A stretch of DNA of 64,000 nt from positions 118,234,001 to 118,298,000 of the forward strand of contig OX597817.1 of NCBI GenBank assembly GCA_951406725.2, given 5' to 3'. A program made the translations under genes and the position numbers. Positions 12,224 to 26,752 of this stretch are shown here, piece after piece. The notes below the pieces were generated by a model, which saw only the letters and a program-made list of their open reading frames with translations, was not told the DNA's origin and ran no database searches. How positions within the stretch are numbered: position 1 is the first letter of the stretch; every line of letters starts with the position of its first letter. Origin of the DNA: Octopus vulgaris (lineage: Eukaryota).

Positions 12224-14834
12224 TAATTATGTTCTTTGTCACTAAGTCAACCCTGGTGTAACATGCGCAGTATCAACACCTAATTAAACAGGACACTCCT
12301 GCCTTTATAAATATAATTCACGTTCGAAATTATAACTTATAAATTTCCTCATTCATTGGAGACGTAAAATGCACGACTTGAGGGAGAAGTTTCATGTTTT
12401 TGGAAGAAATTCAAAGGTGCTCTTTCATTCGCTAAACGTGTTTCTTTGGCCATAAATATCATATTCTACTACTAAATACTTATGAGGTTATTGCATAATA
12501 ACTAAGCGGTTTGAGAATGAAGAATTATATTGTTGTTACAACGTTATTAATGTAAATTGTTTTGGATCATCTTCACATATCTTATAAACAACGTTTCTAA
12601 ATGTGTTCATAAAACATTGTGAGGACTTCGGTATTAATTCCCATTTATATATTTCTGCTAAACCTCACTCGCCATCCCTTAAGCAAAACAAATAGGGGAA
12701 ATTAATATCTACCTAATGGATCATATATTTGGCAGCATACTGAATATACAAAAGCACCGAATTGAGCTATGCGGCATTGTTGCTGCTGGGAATTACGAAT
12801 GGTAATTATAGATAGTCTGATGTGTTTCAAAAGCAAGAATAAGCAATTGCCGAAGAGATGGAACGCAGGAAACAACGAAAATTTAAGTATATCGCCATTC
12901 AAACATTGTTTCTTTGGCGGAGATTCTTTTAAATTTATGTAACGATGGATGAATGTGTTAATCACAGCACTGTTGAAATGATGAAAGAAATCCGAAGGCT
13001 AATGCATTCGTGTAAGGCCATTGACACAGTATATGCATAGAGAAGAAATGATAGTTAATTATGCTAATCACTTTGAGGTCTGCTATATACTACATAACAC
13101 GCTAAATGTTTGGGATTCTTTTTTTCAAAGGGGGGCGGTGCGCTGTCAGAACGTTGACAAAATTGGCTTGATATATTTTCTTGCTCGTTCTTTATTTTCT
13201 GATTTGTAATAGCGCCGGTTTCGACGTTGCTGGTCATCTCTCATTACTTTATAAAATGTAATACAAGCCTAATACTTCGTTCAAAATTGACTAATTCCCT
13301 TCCATAAAAATCGCTGGCCTTCTACCTAGACTTAAAATGCTCATAATTACGAAAACATCTTACTTTGAAATCTAGATAAACCGGAATTGTACAAGACGGC
13401 TTTCTTTGTAATAATAACTTTGATGCCGTAATAGTAGCTACTGTCACAACAGGAAAATGCTTTCCATGTTAAGAAATATACTACTAACCTTAGAAATTGT
13501 TTTCGTATTAAGAGCCGGGCGTACTAGTGTATATTCCCATCTATCCGTCAGGAATGCTAGAAAATTTATTTTTGAACAGGATACTGCCAGCGACAATATA
13601 ATTGTTGCTTTCGTAATCCATTTGAAGTTAGGTACATAGGAAGGAGATATTTTGCATGTGGTCAGGAAATATAAATCGTTTACCATGAGTGTGTTAGGTG
13701 TAGTTGTAGCTGCAACTGTACTTAATAATGCATGAATTAATGTTACACACACGCATAAATATATATACACACACACACAAAAGCAGTTACGGTCGCACAT
13801 CCGTTCAAATATGTGTATCCTGACCTTCCTTGAAGCACGATATGAAAGATGTCTTGACCCGAGAGAATTTATAATATCAATCGATCTGTGTGTCCACACA
13901 AGCTCTTCATAAAGTAGACTCGAAGTGCAGTTTATTGCTTAACCAATCGAGAGTATGACAATTTGGACTGAGTTTCATGGTACAAGGAACACAGAGAAAC
14001 CAACCTGAACATAGTATTATAAATTAGTAGGAATGTATGTTACTGGATTTGGAAGTCTGCTTGTGTGATGCCTGTTTGCAAAAGTCTGTATGTGATCTGA
14101 AGTATAATATAATAAATTATTTTAGAAATCTTTTAAAAAGCTTGATGAAAGAAACAGTTTTAATATGATAATGTTACTTTAGTAGTAAGTGCCAACGAGT
14201 TCACAAGGAAGTATTTACCATTGATAAGTGATTTTCGTGAAGTAAAATGCATAATAGTATTAGACCGAGGAAAGAAGGAGATTCAATCAACCAATAAAAA
14301 ATTGAAAGTAAAATTGCAAATGCTTCTAGAGAAATTGTCATATAAGTATATATCTAGAAACACACTACTGCATATGCACATATTTGTGTGTATATGTGTA
14401 CGGGTATACGTGTATATGTTTATAGGAACGTGCGTTTCTGTGAGTGCTTCTCTGTATATATGTGTAGTGTTTGTCAAAGAAAATTATATTTTGTTTCGAT
14501 TTTAAACATAATCTTCTTTATTAAAGCTATCTTATACTGACAGGTGCAGGCGTAATTACCCTGAAGCTGCGTAGGCAGATAAGGCTAATGGCTAACGATA
14601 TATTTGATATATCCTAATATAAGCTTCATTTATAATAACAACAATCACAACACCACCGTCATTCGGTGCTATTATTAATATTATTGATATTATGATACTA
14701 TAGATTGTATTATGGTGAGGTCTCATCGAACTATTGAAAGTGTTGCTAATATATAATTATATATATATATATACACATATAAATATATATATAAACACAT
14801 ATATGCATATAAATATATATATGTACATATATAT

Positions 14835-14908
<74 letters not shown>

Positions 14909-15284
14909 AATATACGTATACATATATATGTATATATACATATATAATATATATATATACAGTTCAAGTTAACTAATTGCTGAAATATTTTTGCTTCCGC
15001 GCTTTTGTGTCTTTATAGTTAAAGGGAATCATTTTTGACATTTTTTCTCTATATTGTTTTCTTTTGAGATAGTACCTAATATTATATAAATACATGTATT
15101 TTACATATGGATATTCATTGGACTAAATTTCATTAATTTTTATATTTAGGATTAGCGGTTCTTAAGGTGGTTCCGTCATACTACACGAGGAATATTGCAT
15201 CAATGGAACACCCCAGAAGAGGTTAGAAGGGCCAAGTGGCAAAGACATTATTCTGATTAACGAAGCTATCTGGGAAATGTATAA

Positions 15285-16600
15285 CTGTTGTCATTCACAG
15301 AATAACTATTGTTTTACCGTGAGAAAAGCGCTGTTGAAATAGTAAGTGAAACCTGGCAATCGAGAATCGAATCCACGCTATGCCTGCATGAAGCCACTAC
15401 AAATACGTTGTGGAATAAAAAATGTATCTACTCTCGTGGAAAAAGTGTAACTGTAATAATGCAGAATTACCAGAGTAGTGGGCATTCAAAAAAGTACTTA
15501 TTTATAGAAATGTATGAATGAATTATTTAAGATTTAAGATTCAAATAAAGGAAGTACAATAATAATGTTTAGCAGTTCAAAACTGAGTAGCGAAATGCAG
15601 AATTAGGTCGGCTGATCGTGAGAAGGAAATATTGATCGCATCGCTAAAAACTGTAGGTGATATGGATTATATCCCTTCAGTTGTTTAAATAAAAATATTA
15701 ATAATATATAGTAGATAGCAGGATCCATGGGGGGGTTATCGATTCTGTTCAACAACCTAAGTATGTCACGAGGTTTCCAGACGTGAGTTATACTCACGTG
15801 TCAAATAAAGTAAAAAGTGATATTGTCTGCAAAAATTAGAAATTGGACACACAAATAATTCATATTGAAAGTAATATAGCATAACTAATGAAACCTGTAA
15901 AATATTTCTAAATTCGAAGGCTCAATTAGTTTCTTGAAAATTTTGTATGAACTGTAAATAAGGAGTAACTATTATGATTTGTAAAATAATTATCAGTGAT
16001 ACAGGGTGACCCAACTGAATACGGTCTGGACGTTTGGTTTAATTTTTTAAAGAATTTTAAGCATTCAAAGTATGAGTTCATTGTATTGGGAGACACTTAT
16101 TAAATACCTTCTGGAATCAAAACTTTATGTACTATTATCGAAGAATTTTAACTGGAAAAATGCAGAATTATCGGAGGTACGGTCATTGAAAGTGTACATG
16201 CATCAAGGATGTGCAATAATAAGGTTTAGCAGTTGAAAACTGTGGGTAGTGAAATGCAGAATTAGGTCGGCTGATCGTGAGAATCAAATATTGATCGCTT
16301 CGGTAAAAACTAACAACTGTAGGTGCAGTGCTATGGGTTATTTCCCTTGAGTGTCTAAAAATTATTGTGCAAGTGCTATGATTTATTTCCATTGGGAGTT
16401 AAAAAATAGTTATATGAGGTAGATATAAAGATCCCTTCCATGGGCCGTATTATCGATATTTTAACAATCTAAGTCACGAGATTTCCCGACATGAGTTCTA
16501 CTCACGTGTGAAGTTTCGTCAAAATCAATAGAACGATATAGGAAGAGTTAGCTAACAAAGCCACGAACAAACACGCACCGATTTTCCACATATGTAGTAT
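15285..16600 (+). mobile_element. Helentron/DINE-1-like (HINE) non-autonomous element, copy 1
   Basis: Colinear with 45735-47072. Contains internal repeats (gaaatgcagaattaggtcggctgatcgtgagaa twice), an aagtttcgtcaaaatc motif and the end ttttccacatatgtagtata. Confidence 0.65.
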
Positions 16601-16618
16601 ATTTACATACATACACAT

Positions 16619-16682
<64 letters not shown>

Positions 16683-16906
16683 TTATTTATACATACATAC
16701 ATACATATATATATATATATGTATATATACGTATATATATATGCATACATACATGCATACATACGTAGACACAAGCATAGATATGTGGTTAAGAAACTCA
16801 CTCAGGAATCACGTGTTTCCTGTTCAGTCCCACTGCTTGTCGTCGTGTAGTACTTGAGTTTTCGTCTATGTTATATGCAAAAAAAGTTCTATGTGCAGAA
16901 AGAGAG

Positions 16907-17417
16907 AAATTTACTTCAAGATGTTCTGCGGCGTAGCACATGGGAAAGAAAATCAAATTACGAATCAAAAGCAGCTCTAGTGTTGTAAATATTATCAGTT
17001 GCACATAAACAATGTACTTATTTTATTTAAATTCCAATTTGCAGCGAGATGTCTTCCTGGAAAAGCTTCCTGTGCCATTATACGTGTTAAAGAATATCAG
17101 TTATCAGACCATCGATTCGTTTCGTTTCTATATTATTCGAATGCATAGCATCGATAAGCAACAATAATGGTGAGATGTTTGTATCTATCGTTGTCGGTCA
17201 GTTCGAGACGAGTCGTCTCGCCTGGTCTGAGTCGCTTGGTATTCTTTAACACGCGGCATTGTGTAGGGAGCTCTCCCTTGCCCTATCCCGTCGCTTAAAA
17301 AAACACATGCACCATGTATGCATGAATGATTATACTTACATTACTAGAACCCCTTTCAATACATAATTAATTTTTCCTTCATGTGTGCTACACTGCAGCA
17401 CATCAGCAAATACATTT
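16907..17417. mobile_element. Old fold-back/MITE-like palindrome (~500 bp)
   Basis: gatgttctgcggcgtagcacatg pairs with catgtgtgctacactgcagcacatc; cgtgttaaagaatatca pairs with tggtattctttaacacg. Confidence 0.7.
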
Positions 17418-18621
17418 CACATTATGTGTGTATATCCTAGACCAGTGATTCATTCCATTTCGAGCTGAACCAACTAATGATATTGATATCCACAATAACG
17501 TGAAGTATCGGTATCTACCATTATCCATCATTTAGGGGCAAGGTTCCTCTCCCACCCTGGGACTCCCGTAGCAAATAGCCGTTTGAAAGTAACACATATA
17601 TCATATCCGACTGATAACGTTTACATTATTAGAACTACTATTAATTTGTAATTTTATATATTGCAGTCCAATGACTGAAGCAATTAAAAGAAAGCATAGA
17701 ATTATTTCTTTCAATGTCTCAGCACTTGCAATGTGCCTTCAAGAATCCCTAGTTGTGTTCCTAGGTATACAAATGTTTAAAGGTATTTAATTGGAATAAT
17801 AATCTTTCCACATCTGCGTGCGTGTATGTGTGTGTGCGCATGTATGTATATATATAAATGTATATATGCATGTATGTAGGTATTTTCCAATACAAACATT
17901 CACTGACTATTCTAATGCTTATATTTGTTTAATAGGAATCTTCTTAAAATAAGATTTAATAAACACTGATTTAATTTTAGAAAACCTGAAATAAAACTTC
18001 ACACAAGAAGATTATTGTGAACTTATACATCATTTAAAGAAATATAATACTAGGATTCACAAAATTATATAGACTATGTTGAATATAACCTAATCTTGGC
18101 AACATGGTAATTATGTCACTGGTTTCGTCTTAGATAAATTGGTTTAAATATTTAAACCAGCAACAGATTTAGGGTAGTATAGCCGGTATTATTCCTGCCA
18201 ATTGAGATAAACATAGCTTAAATATTTCAAATTTATTTATATCAAATTTATAGAGAATAATTATTACGCACATTCAGGTTTAACGATGTTCATTCTTACT
18301 AAAACAGTTGTTGAAACTAATTAAGTGATGCTCTATCTGTAAAATGCATGCTTTTTAAAAATTTAATCTAAATGTACGCTGCTGTGAGGGGACATTCTAG
18401 CTTGTTTTGCACAGCAAACAAGCTTATATCATCCACTGGATTTATTGCAATGCTATTAAGAGTTGGAACTGGCCGATGGGTAATAACGCCGCATGGGTAG
18501 AACAAAATTCAAATTTTGTGTTTGCGTATTTAGAGGTAATTCTGCCAGGCGTAATACTGCAGATAGACGTGCTTAACGACTCGGATATATTATGTGTTAT
18601 TAATATTATAATGTATATTTA

Positions 18622-18853
18622 TATCTTTATTGCCCAGAGGGGTTTAAACACAGATGGGACAAACGGGGACAGACAAAGGGATTAAGTCGATTACATAGAC
18701 CCCGGTGCGTAACTGGTACTTATTTAATTGACCCTGAAAGGATGAAAGGCTGAGTCGACCTCGGCGCAATTTGATCTCAGAACGTAACGGCAGACGAAAA
18801 AAAACGCTAAGCATTTCACCCGGCGTGCTAACGACTCTGCCAGCTCGCTGCCT
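18622..18853 (-). mobile_element. tRNA-derived SINE with a Meta-like central domain
   Basis: Minus strand: ggcagcgagctggcagagtcgttagcacgccggg head, then gaggtcgactcagcctttcatcctttcaggg..taagtaccag (MetaSINE-like), then a gcaataaag tail. Confidence 0.8.
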
Positions 18854-19928
18854 TAATATTATAATATATATTAAACTGACGTAATCTGAATATAAGTCAA
18901 TAACTTGCTTTTCTCAACATGAGAGATATTGCATTTGAAATTTATTTTTAAGGATAGTTTTGCAAAGAATTTATTAGTTTATAACATTTACAGAATTAGC
19001 TAAACATCCCGATATCGATGACAGTAAAACTACGTCTATCATCCATGATGAGGATTTAATGATCTGTTAAAATTACTCAATCATTCCAATCATTTAAACT
19101 TACCTTAAGTAGAATCAATTTTCCGTGAATACTGTACATGATTTCTTTGCATGATAAATATCCCCATTTAATACTGGTGTTTCAGTTTTATATTCATCGA
19201 CAAAATATTAGTGAGTTTAAATACAATTTATATATATTTTCTGCTTGGTTTCCTTAGGAAATCTTCAAATGATGTTTATACAAAATTGAATTTGATATTC
19301 GATGAGAATCTGTTGCTACGCCTTGAGCATATAGTCTTTGCGTGCAGATAAAGTTGACTCACAATAATAAATTCAAAAGAAAAACCAGATAACCGAAGAA
19401 ATTGCATTTTTTTTTCTGCCAGTTATTTCTTAGTGTCTCTGAAATATTATACGTGATATTGATGTATACTCCGTCAGCCTCGAAGAGGTGTAACAATTTC
19501 TTCGATTAAATGGATACCTACTGGTACAAATATCAGGTAAGTGTCTAGGTATTACAGAGGCACATCACTTCATAATATATTTTAGCTAATGAATCATCGT
19601 GGCACAATGGGACAAGAATTCACGTTTGAATGACAGTTACAATCCAGAGCGAGAAACAGTGACAAAGTAAGCTGTCTCGACGACTTTCTAAAGAGAAAGA
19701 GAAAGAGAGAGAGAGAGAGAGAGAGTACAGAGTACAGGATCGAATTCTACAATATATTCTTGACAAGACTTCAACAGTTCCTCTTGTTCACTCCCTTATT
19801 GTGCGAAATTAAACGGATTTATATTTAAAAGGTGTCGGTGAAATAGGATCGATTAGGATAGCTGCACTCAGTAAGAGTAATGTACATATAATGTATGGTA
19901 CACTACTCCTAAATATTTCTTACATCTA

Positions 19929-20270
19929 AGGCGGCGAGCTGGTAGCAGAATCATTAACATGGCGGGCAAAATACTTAGTCTGTCTTTATGTTCTGAATTC
20001 AAATTACGTCGAGTCGACTTTGCTTTTCATCCTTTCAAGATGTACTAGTTGAACAATATGGTTGATGTAATTGACGTACCCCTACTCAATGCCTTGTTCC
20101 AAAATTTGAATTCAGTTTTCGGCTCTTTATGCTCTGAGTTCAAATCCTGACGGGGTCAACTATACCTTTCATCTTTACAGGATTGATAAAATAAATTACT
20201 AGTTGAATACTGTGGCCGATGGTGTCGACGAACCTAATGTTTTCAGTGTGGCTGGCCATGCGACTTAATT
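19929..20270 (+). mobile_element. Two tandem degenerate Meta-like SINE copies
   Basis: ggcggcgagctgg head; gtcgactttgcttttcatccttt, then a second ctgagttcaaatcc..ggtcaactatacctttcatc. Confidence 0.7.
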
Positions 20271-21465
20271 CAGAATTTGGGATAAACGAGGAGTTAAGAT
20301 GGGGGATATCTCAACACGGATTCATCAGTATTCAGAACATCACTGACACATTTAACTGTCCGCCAGAACCTACCTGTTCCCACAGCACGAGATAAATTAG
20401 TAATAAACAGTAGATGATTGAAGGCTATATTATTTCTGACATAAAGACGTAAATTGGGCAACGTCACGTGAGATGTTTCGTACAAATTATATATGTATAT
20501 ATTGTTTGACATAATAATAGCTGCGAAAACTTTAAAATAACATTTCAATAACTAACAACAATGTAATCTAAGAGTTCATTAATACGCTGTAATTATAATA
20601 TACGATATTTAGACTTGCCTAAACATTTCTTTGTCTGCTGTACTTCAACTGCTTAGATAAGAGTTAAGTGGCTATGAAATATTTCTTCTAATTGAACCGA
20701 AACAGTTTTCTTTTCGCATTTAGTTTATATTGCTATATATGATTTTCATACTTAAATCATTTGAAAGCATCGACAATGAAAGCCGCCACATTTGAAATGA
20801 CCATGTTCCCTTTGAATAAACCAATTATGTGTCTAATTGAACGTATTTGATAGTAATAATTGCCGTGCTTTGAATTGTATTCAGCTAAGATAGATTCTGT
20901 TGAAGCGAAGATATTCAAAGTGCTAGAAATGCAACCAAATTCTTTCAAATCACACAGAACTACCTTAAAAATAAAGGGGGCGTTAAATGGTGTAGCACTA
21001 GATATATGAAAATATAGATTAGTCCTGACTGGAAAATCTTAGATTATAAGAATATTCAATTGTAATTGACAGGGGGCACACAACAACAACAAAAAATATT
21101 AGTCTGTAATACTCTAAGCTATCCTACATTAAGCAAATAATATCAGAAATTATCTTTCAGAGACTCTGCAACGATATATGCATATCTATATTATCTATTA
21201 ACACTCCTTCACCGTGCGTTTTCAGCGTAAATCAAATAACTGTTTCTTTAATATATTCTGTCACGTTGCGTTTGACGCTAGTTTTCCCTACCTCGAATCC
21301 AATTCCCTGCAGTTCATTCAATATTAATTGTGCGCTTGTTCATTAACAGAATTAAATAATCAGTTCACTCCAGTTAACTAACCAAGTAAGTGTATTAAGC
21401 ATTTTCAGAGTTTTTTTTTTTTTTTTTTCATTTTCGTGAAATAGTAACTATTTCTCCCTAAGAAT

Positions 21466-21660
21466 ATTACTCTTTTACCTGTTTCAGTCATTTGACTGTG
21501 GCCATGCTGGAGCACCGACTTTAGTCGAGCGAATCGACCCCAGGACTTATTCATTGTAAGCCTAGAACTTATTCTATCGGTCTATTTTGCCAATCGATGA
21601 TGGGGGACAAACATAGACACACAAACATATACACACATAGGCACACACACACACACACAG

Positions 21661-21722
<62 letters not shown>

Positions 21723-21882
21723 GACGGGCTTTCAGTTTCCATCTACCAAATCCACTCTGAAGACTTTGGTCGGCCCGAGGCTATAGTAAAAGACGCTTGC
21801 CCAAGGAGCCACGCAGTGGGAATGATCCCGGAACCATGTGGTTATTAAGCAAGCTACTTACCACACATCTACTCCTGCGCCT
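21466..21882 (-). mobile_element. Near full-length CORE-type SINE
   Basis: Reverse complement of the 53482-53929 family with internal deletions and an internal CA/TA microsatellite. Confidence 0.9.
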
Positions 21883-23345
21883 ATTGAAGATCATTTGAAA
21901 TTTATTCGAGTTTGAACGCATTGCAATCCGTAGATACCCGATTATGTATCCCATATTAATAATATATATCAAGAGCCAATGCTACGATATTTTCCCATTC
22001 AACGAACATAAGATATGTGAATGGGAACAGATAATATTTGAAAACGGTTATAGCAAAATTGCTACTACTAATGAAGAAATGTTATCAAAGGAAGATTGAA
22101 TTGAAGCATCCAGGTCATAAAATTGCTTATCTCCAGTATTCGCAGCATTACGAAAACGAGTGCAACATTGTTGGCTGCTCATAAAATACGGATATATTGC
22201 AAATAGAATTTCTCGGTGAAAGAATTTCGCAAATATAAGGGAACATACGAAAATGTCATTAACTTCTATTCCTGTTCCTAATTACAGTGACATATTTTGC
22301 TATCCGCAATTAACCTGTCGCAGTTATCTACCTTGTTCTGAAGTAAAACTGAAAGACCGCTAACTTTATATTTTACAACTCACGTCGTCGATATTGCAAT
22401 CAACAGCATCAACAACAATTATCTATTGACAGACTTACATTTTTCAGTAACCCCAGAAATTTTCTAGGGAATAAGAACAAATTGTGGTGCGTATTTTTGT
22501 TAAAGTAAACTAAGTAAATTATATAGTTACACTAAAAACTAGGTGTACACTCGCCAACATGTTTTTCAAATACGAAGCAAGTATAAAATAAGGACGAAAC
22601 GACGTGATTACAATAAATTAAACAATAGATGTGATACAAATCTTCAAGCAAATTTTATTAGCAATATTGTTAAAATTCATTTCTGAGGAATGCTATAACA
22701 GCGTAATAAAATATTTCAACCAGATTCAAAAATGTTCTATCGGGAATTGATTGGACACAGTAAAAACAAGCCGTTTATTTGAAAATATTGGATATATAGT
22801 TATTCAGTATGTCAACATTTTTTTTGAGAAATACATTATAGCTCTTTATAATATGTTTGGAATTGTTAAACAGATGATCAGGGACACAGTACATATGTGG
22901 ATATGTGGACCCAAGGCAGCAGATAAGCTTTTATAAATATCTAAAAGGAAAAAAATAATCAGGTGGAATTTAAAAATAAATAAATCAGGATAGAAACGCA
23001 GACAGATACAAATTAAGTTAATGTTTTCTTATAGAATTTAACTTATATTTTATTGAACTTTGTAACTCTCCACGTCACATGATATCTATTTCACAATAAT
23101 ATTTCATTTGATTAATAATCTATTTGCATAACAATAAATAATCTTGATGTGTGTATTAAAGAAATAGTTAAGGTTGTATATTTCCAAATGTTGTCGATTC
23201 TAAACCATTTTTCTTTCAATTCTAATCCCAAATTCTTGAAGATAAAATCAGGGTACAGAGGGCTCGTCTGCGTCTGATTAAAATAATTTTATCCGTTATT
23301 TTTAATTTACAAGCACACAAACATTGTACGGTTTACAGAGCAATG

Positions 23346-23401
23346 GACACACATTTTGGAGGAAATTTCGACGAATGACACACATTTTGGAGGAAATTTC
23401 G
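23346..23401. repeat. Short tandem duplication (31-bp period)
   Basis: gacacacattttggaggaaatttcg occurs twice. Confidence 0.9.
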
Positions 23402-24376
23402 TAGGAGCATATGCATGTTACTTCAACGTGTAATGCATTCAACATAACACTCGAAAATATTACTTTTAACTTTCAATGGCACATAAAAGGAACATGTTTC
23501 ATCAGATATAATAATGCCATCGAAGCTAATCTCCTTGGCATTTCTTTGAATACAAATAACAGTTTCAAAATGCTTTTTGAACATATATGATGTCGTATAA
23601 CAAAGAAATGTCAAATATAATGGATTGTATGCATACAGAATATGCAGTCAGTTAAACATGAGATAAATAATAAGGATAAGAAACAACCACATTGGTAAAG
23701 TAAATTCACCAGTGTTTGTTGAAAAATGAGATATGTGAAATAATTTGCATAATCATAAGAAAATATAAGAAGCTAACTCAAAATCATTTTCACACCGCCT
23801 GATATTTGGAAGTATCAAGCGAAAATAATTTTGAGTAATATTTAAAAAGATATTTTCGAAAATCTTTAGATAATAAATGATACCTTTCCGTGTTTACAAC
23901 CTACAGGAATTAGAAATTTTATTAATTAGATCTTAGACTTTCTTATAGCAACAACAAAAGTGTATATTAAGTGCTTGAGATGGTAATCTAAAATTAAAGA
24001 AAAGATCAAAACACTATGAACACAAGCCACATGACAAAAACAGCTGGTCAACAAAATACAGGAAGAGAACCAGTTACAAAAGATGTTCATAAACTAGTTT
24101 CAGACTTTTTCCAATACATTTGATAAGTGTTAATAAGGAAGATGTATTTGGCACACAATCAAAGATACTTTTGTTTGAAAAATAAAAAGAATTAGAAGAT
24201 ATTTGGCAATTGCTTACAAACCATTTTCAAAGACCCCAAACATATTTTAAATCTCAAATATTTCTATTGCCGAACCGCTAAGTTACAGAAGACGTAAACA
24301 AACAAGCAGCGATTGTGAGGCGGTGGAGAGGAGACACACACGCATACTTTCTCTCTCTCTCACACACACACAGTAC

Positions 24377-24439
<63 letters not shown>

Positions 24440-24454
24440 TATAGATAGATAGAT

Positions 24455-24533
<79 letters not shown>

Positions 24534-24715
24534 CATATATATATATATACATATATATACATATATATATATATATAAATATACACATACGTGTGTGTCT
24601 GTGTGAGAGACAGAGAAAGTATGTCAGTGTTTGGGGTCTTTTTGGCAATTGCCAAATATCTTCTATATTATTCACAATATAATTCTTTTTATTTTTCAAT
24701 ATATATTTATATATA

Positions 24716-26676
24716 CAGTACTGGAATCATTATTATGGATTTTTAAAAGTTTTGATATTTCGATATATAGGGGTAAAATTTAGTACATTTATGTATTTCC
24801 TATTATTTATGCAGAACCAGTATTACAGTAGTCAGTTTGTCCTCCTTTAGCAGAATTAAGGGCTTCTACACGTCGAAGCATGCCATGAACTAGTATTCTG
24901 CACAAATCCTTGATTCTGTCCGAATGGAACCAAACGTGTATAACGTGCTCAATAAGGAAGCATTTGGTTGTGATAGAGGATTGATGTATTTCATATTTCA
25001 ACAGAGACTATAGGCTCTCAATTGGACTCATACCATGTGAATTTCCAGGCCATGAATATACGTTAACGGCATTTTCGGCGAGCCATGTCTATACCGATTT
25101 TAATGTATGGCATGATGCCGAGTCCTGTTAGAATATCCAAGACCTGTCTCCATACTATTCCCGTACTTGTGGCATTAGTCTACTTCTAAGTACCTCTCTG
25201 TAGCTCTCTTGGTTTATTATTTTCAGGTGGCAAGTTCCAAGGGCAGAAAGGGTCTCCCAAACCAGAATACTTAGGAGGTTCTTGGCATCTAAGTCTGCTT
25301 GTTGTAGCCCGATGTTAGGAATTTTACTTTTCCAGCAGTCTAATCTATAGTGTGTATATGAAAATAATAATAATGGTTTCAAATTTTGCCACAAAGGCAG
25401 CCATTTTAGAGGAGGCGATGAGTCAATTACATCGAACCTAATGCTCAACTGGTATTTATTTTATTTGCAGTCCCAAAATAATGAAAAATATAATATGTAA
25501 GGTATAGAAAAACATAGCAAAGTACCAGGGCCTAGCCATTGAATTACAGAGACTATGGAAAGTGCAGGTAAAATGTGAAAAGTTTAGTGTTTTTTTAAGA
25601 CAATCCGGACTAAATTCTTCACCAAGCGTCCTTCTCACGCTTTGTACCTGATCATCAAGCACTGCTATGGTAGATTCACCCGAAAGCACCCCCTGCAACA
25701 ATTGAAAACCATATTTGATTAATAGGACATCTAGAATAACTTATTGTTTCAGTCTATGGCAATCAATAATTGACAGCTATTTTTAAATAATCCTTTATAA
25801 AGCTGGTTTGATAACTGAAATAATAACACCTTATTTTATCAATAATATCATATTTTATCATGGATATAATATATACGGACCCTAATCTACTACTTTAGAT
25901 AGCCCTACCTGCTCCCATTGCTCAGAAGTCCATGCAATATGATTTTTAGCCCATGCATGTTCTTTTTTTCCTTGGACGATATGCGTGTAATCCACCTTTC
26001 AAAAGTATGTTGCTAATTGTTCTTCGAGGCACAATGATGTTCTGTTCCATTAATTCGCAGGAATTCTTATTACAAGATGCTCTTCTATTATTGAGAGAAT
26101 TTTTAAAATTTTTCTATCAATCCTAGGGGTTGTTACTCGTTTCCTACCATAGTTACCAACCATTTTTACCATCAAATCCGCGTTCTTATCCATTTATTCC
26201 TTAATTGCACTAATTGTCTGAGTTGAAACGTTTAGTTTCTTTGCAATTTCTCTCTGTTTAAGTTAGGCATCCCTCAAATACACTTCTATTTATCCAGTTT
26301 TATGGGGACTAAGATCTCGTAGTTCACCCATCTCGGCCTGGAATTGAAATACTACGTTATACTTTATGTGCAACTTACTACATTAATTGTAACTAATACC
26401 ACACGGAGTAACTAAAACGTCATTAGAACACAAACAAGCAACCTAAACCGGCCACTACTCGACTATGTTTGCTGAAGCAGCTGAGTTGCTTAATGTGATT
26501 TAGTGTTGTCACACAACAGAAGCTTATTATTGCCAGATATCACGAGAAACCCGTATAAGCCGCAGCTAAAATCAAAGTCAGAGAATGTACAGTAGTAACT
26601 GTGAAAATTAATATGATTTAAATTTATTTGTCTCATTTCAATAACCAAAGAAGCAAAATATATAATGTTTTCAGTA

Positions 26677-26679
<3 letters not shown>
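24716..26679 (-). mobile_element. Tc1-family DNA transposon, decayed, with both TIRs
   Basis: TIRs cagtactggaatcatta / taatgttttcagtactg, TA-flanked. ATG at 26331 (MGELRDLS..QREIAKKLNVS), then GRKRVTTPRIDRKI, QDSASCH, WPGNSHGMSPIE, RRVEALNSAKGGQTDY, with stops and frameshifts. Confidence 0.9.
25281..25580. mobile_element. Insert within Tc1: SINE fragment plus C-terminal fragment of an R4/Dong-like RLE LINE
   Basis: Plus strand ~25500-25575 reads EKHSKYQGLAIELQRLWKVQV (EKxxKY..E..RLW motif); a Meta-like SINE piece lies at 25365-25470. Confidence 0.55.

Positions 26680-26752
<73 letters not shown>

Noticed and set aside
12702-12965. 87-aa ORF in the unique region as a host exon
   Set aside because: No recognisable domain or supporting splice pattern.
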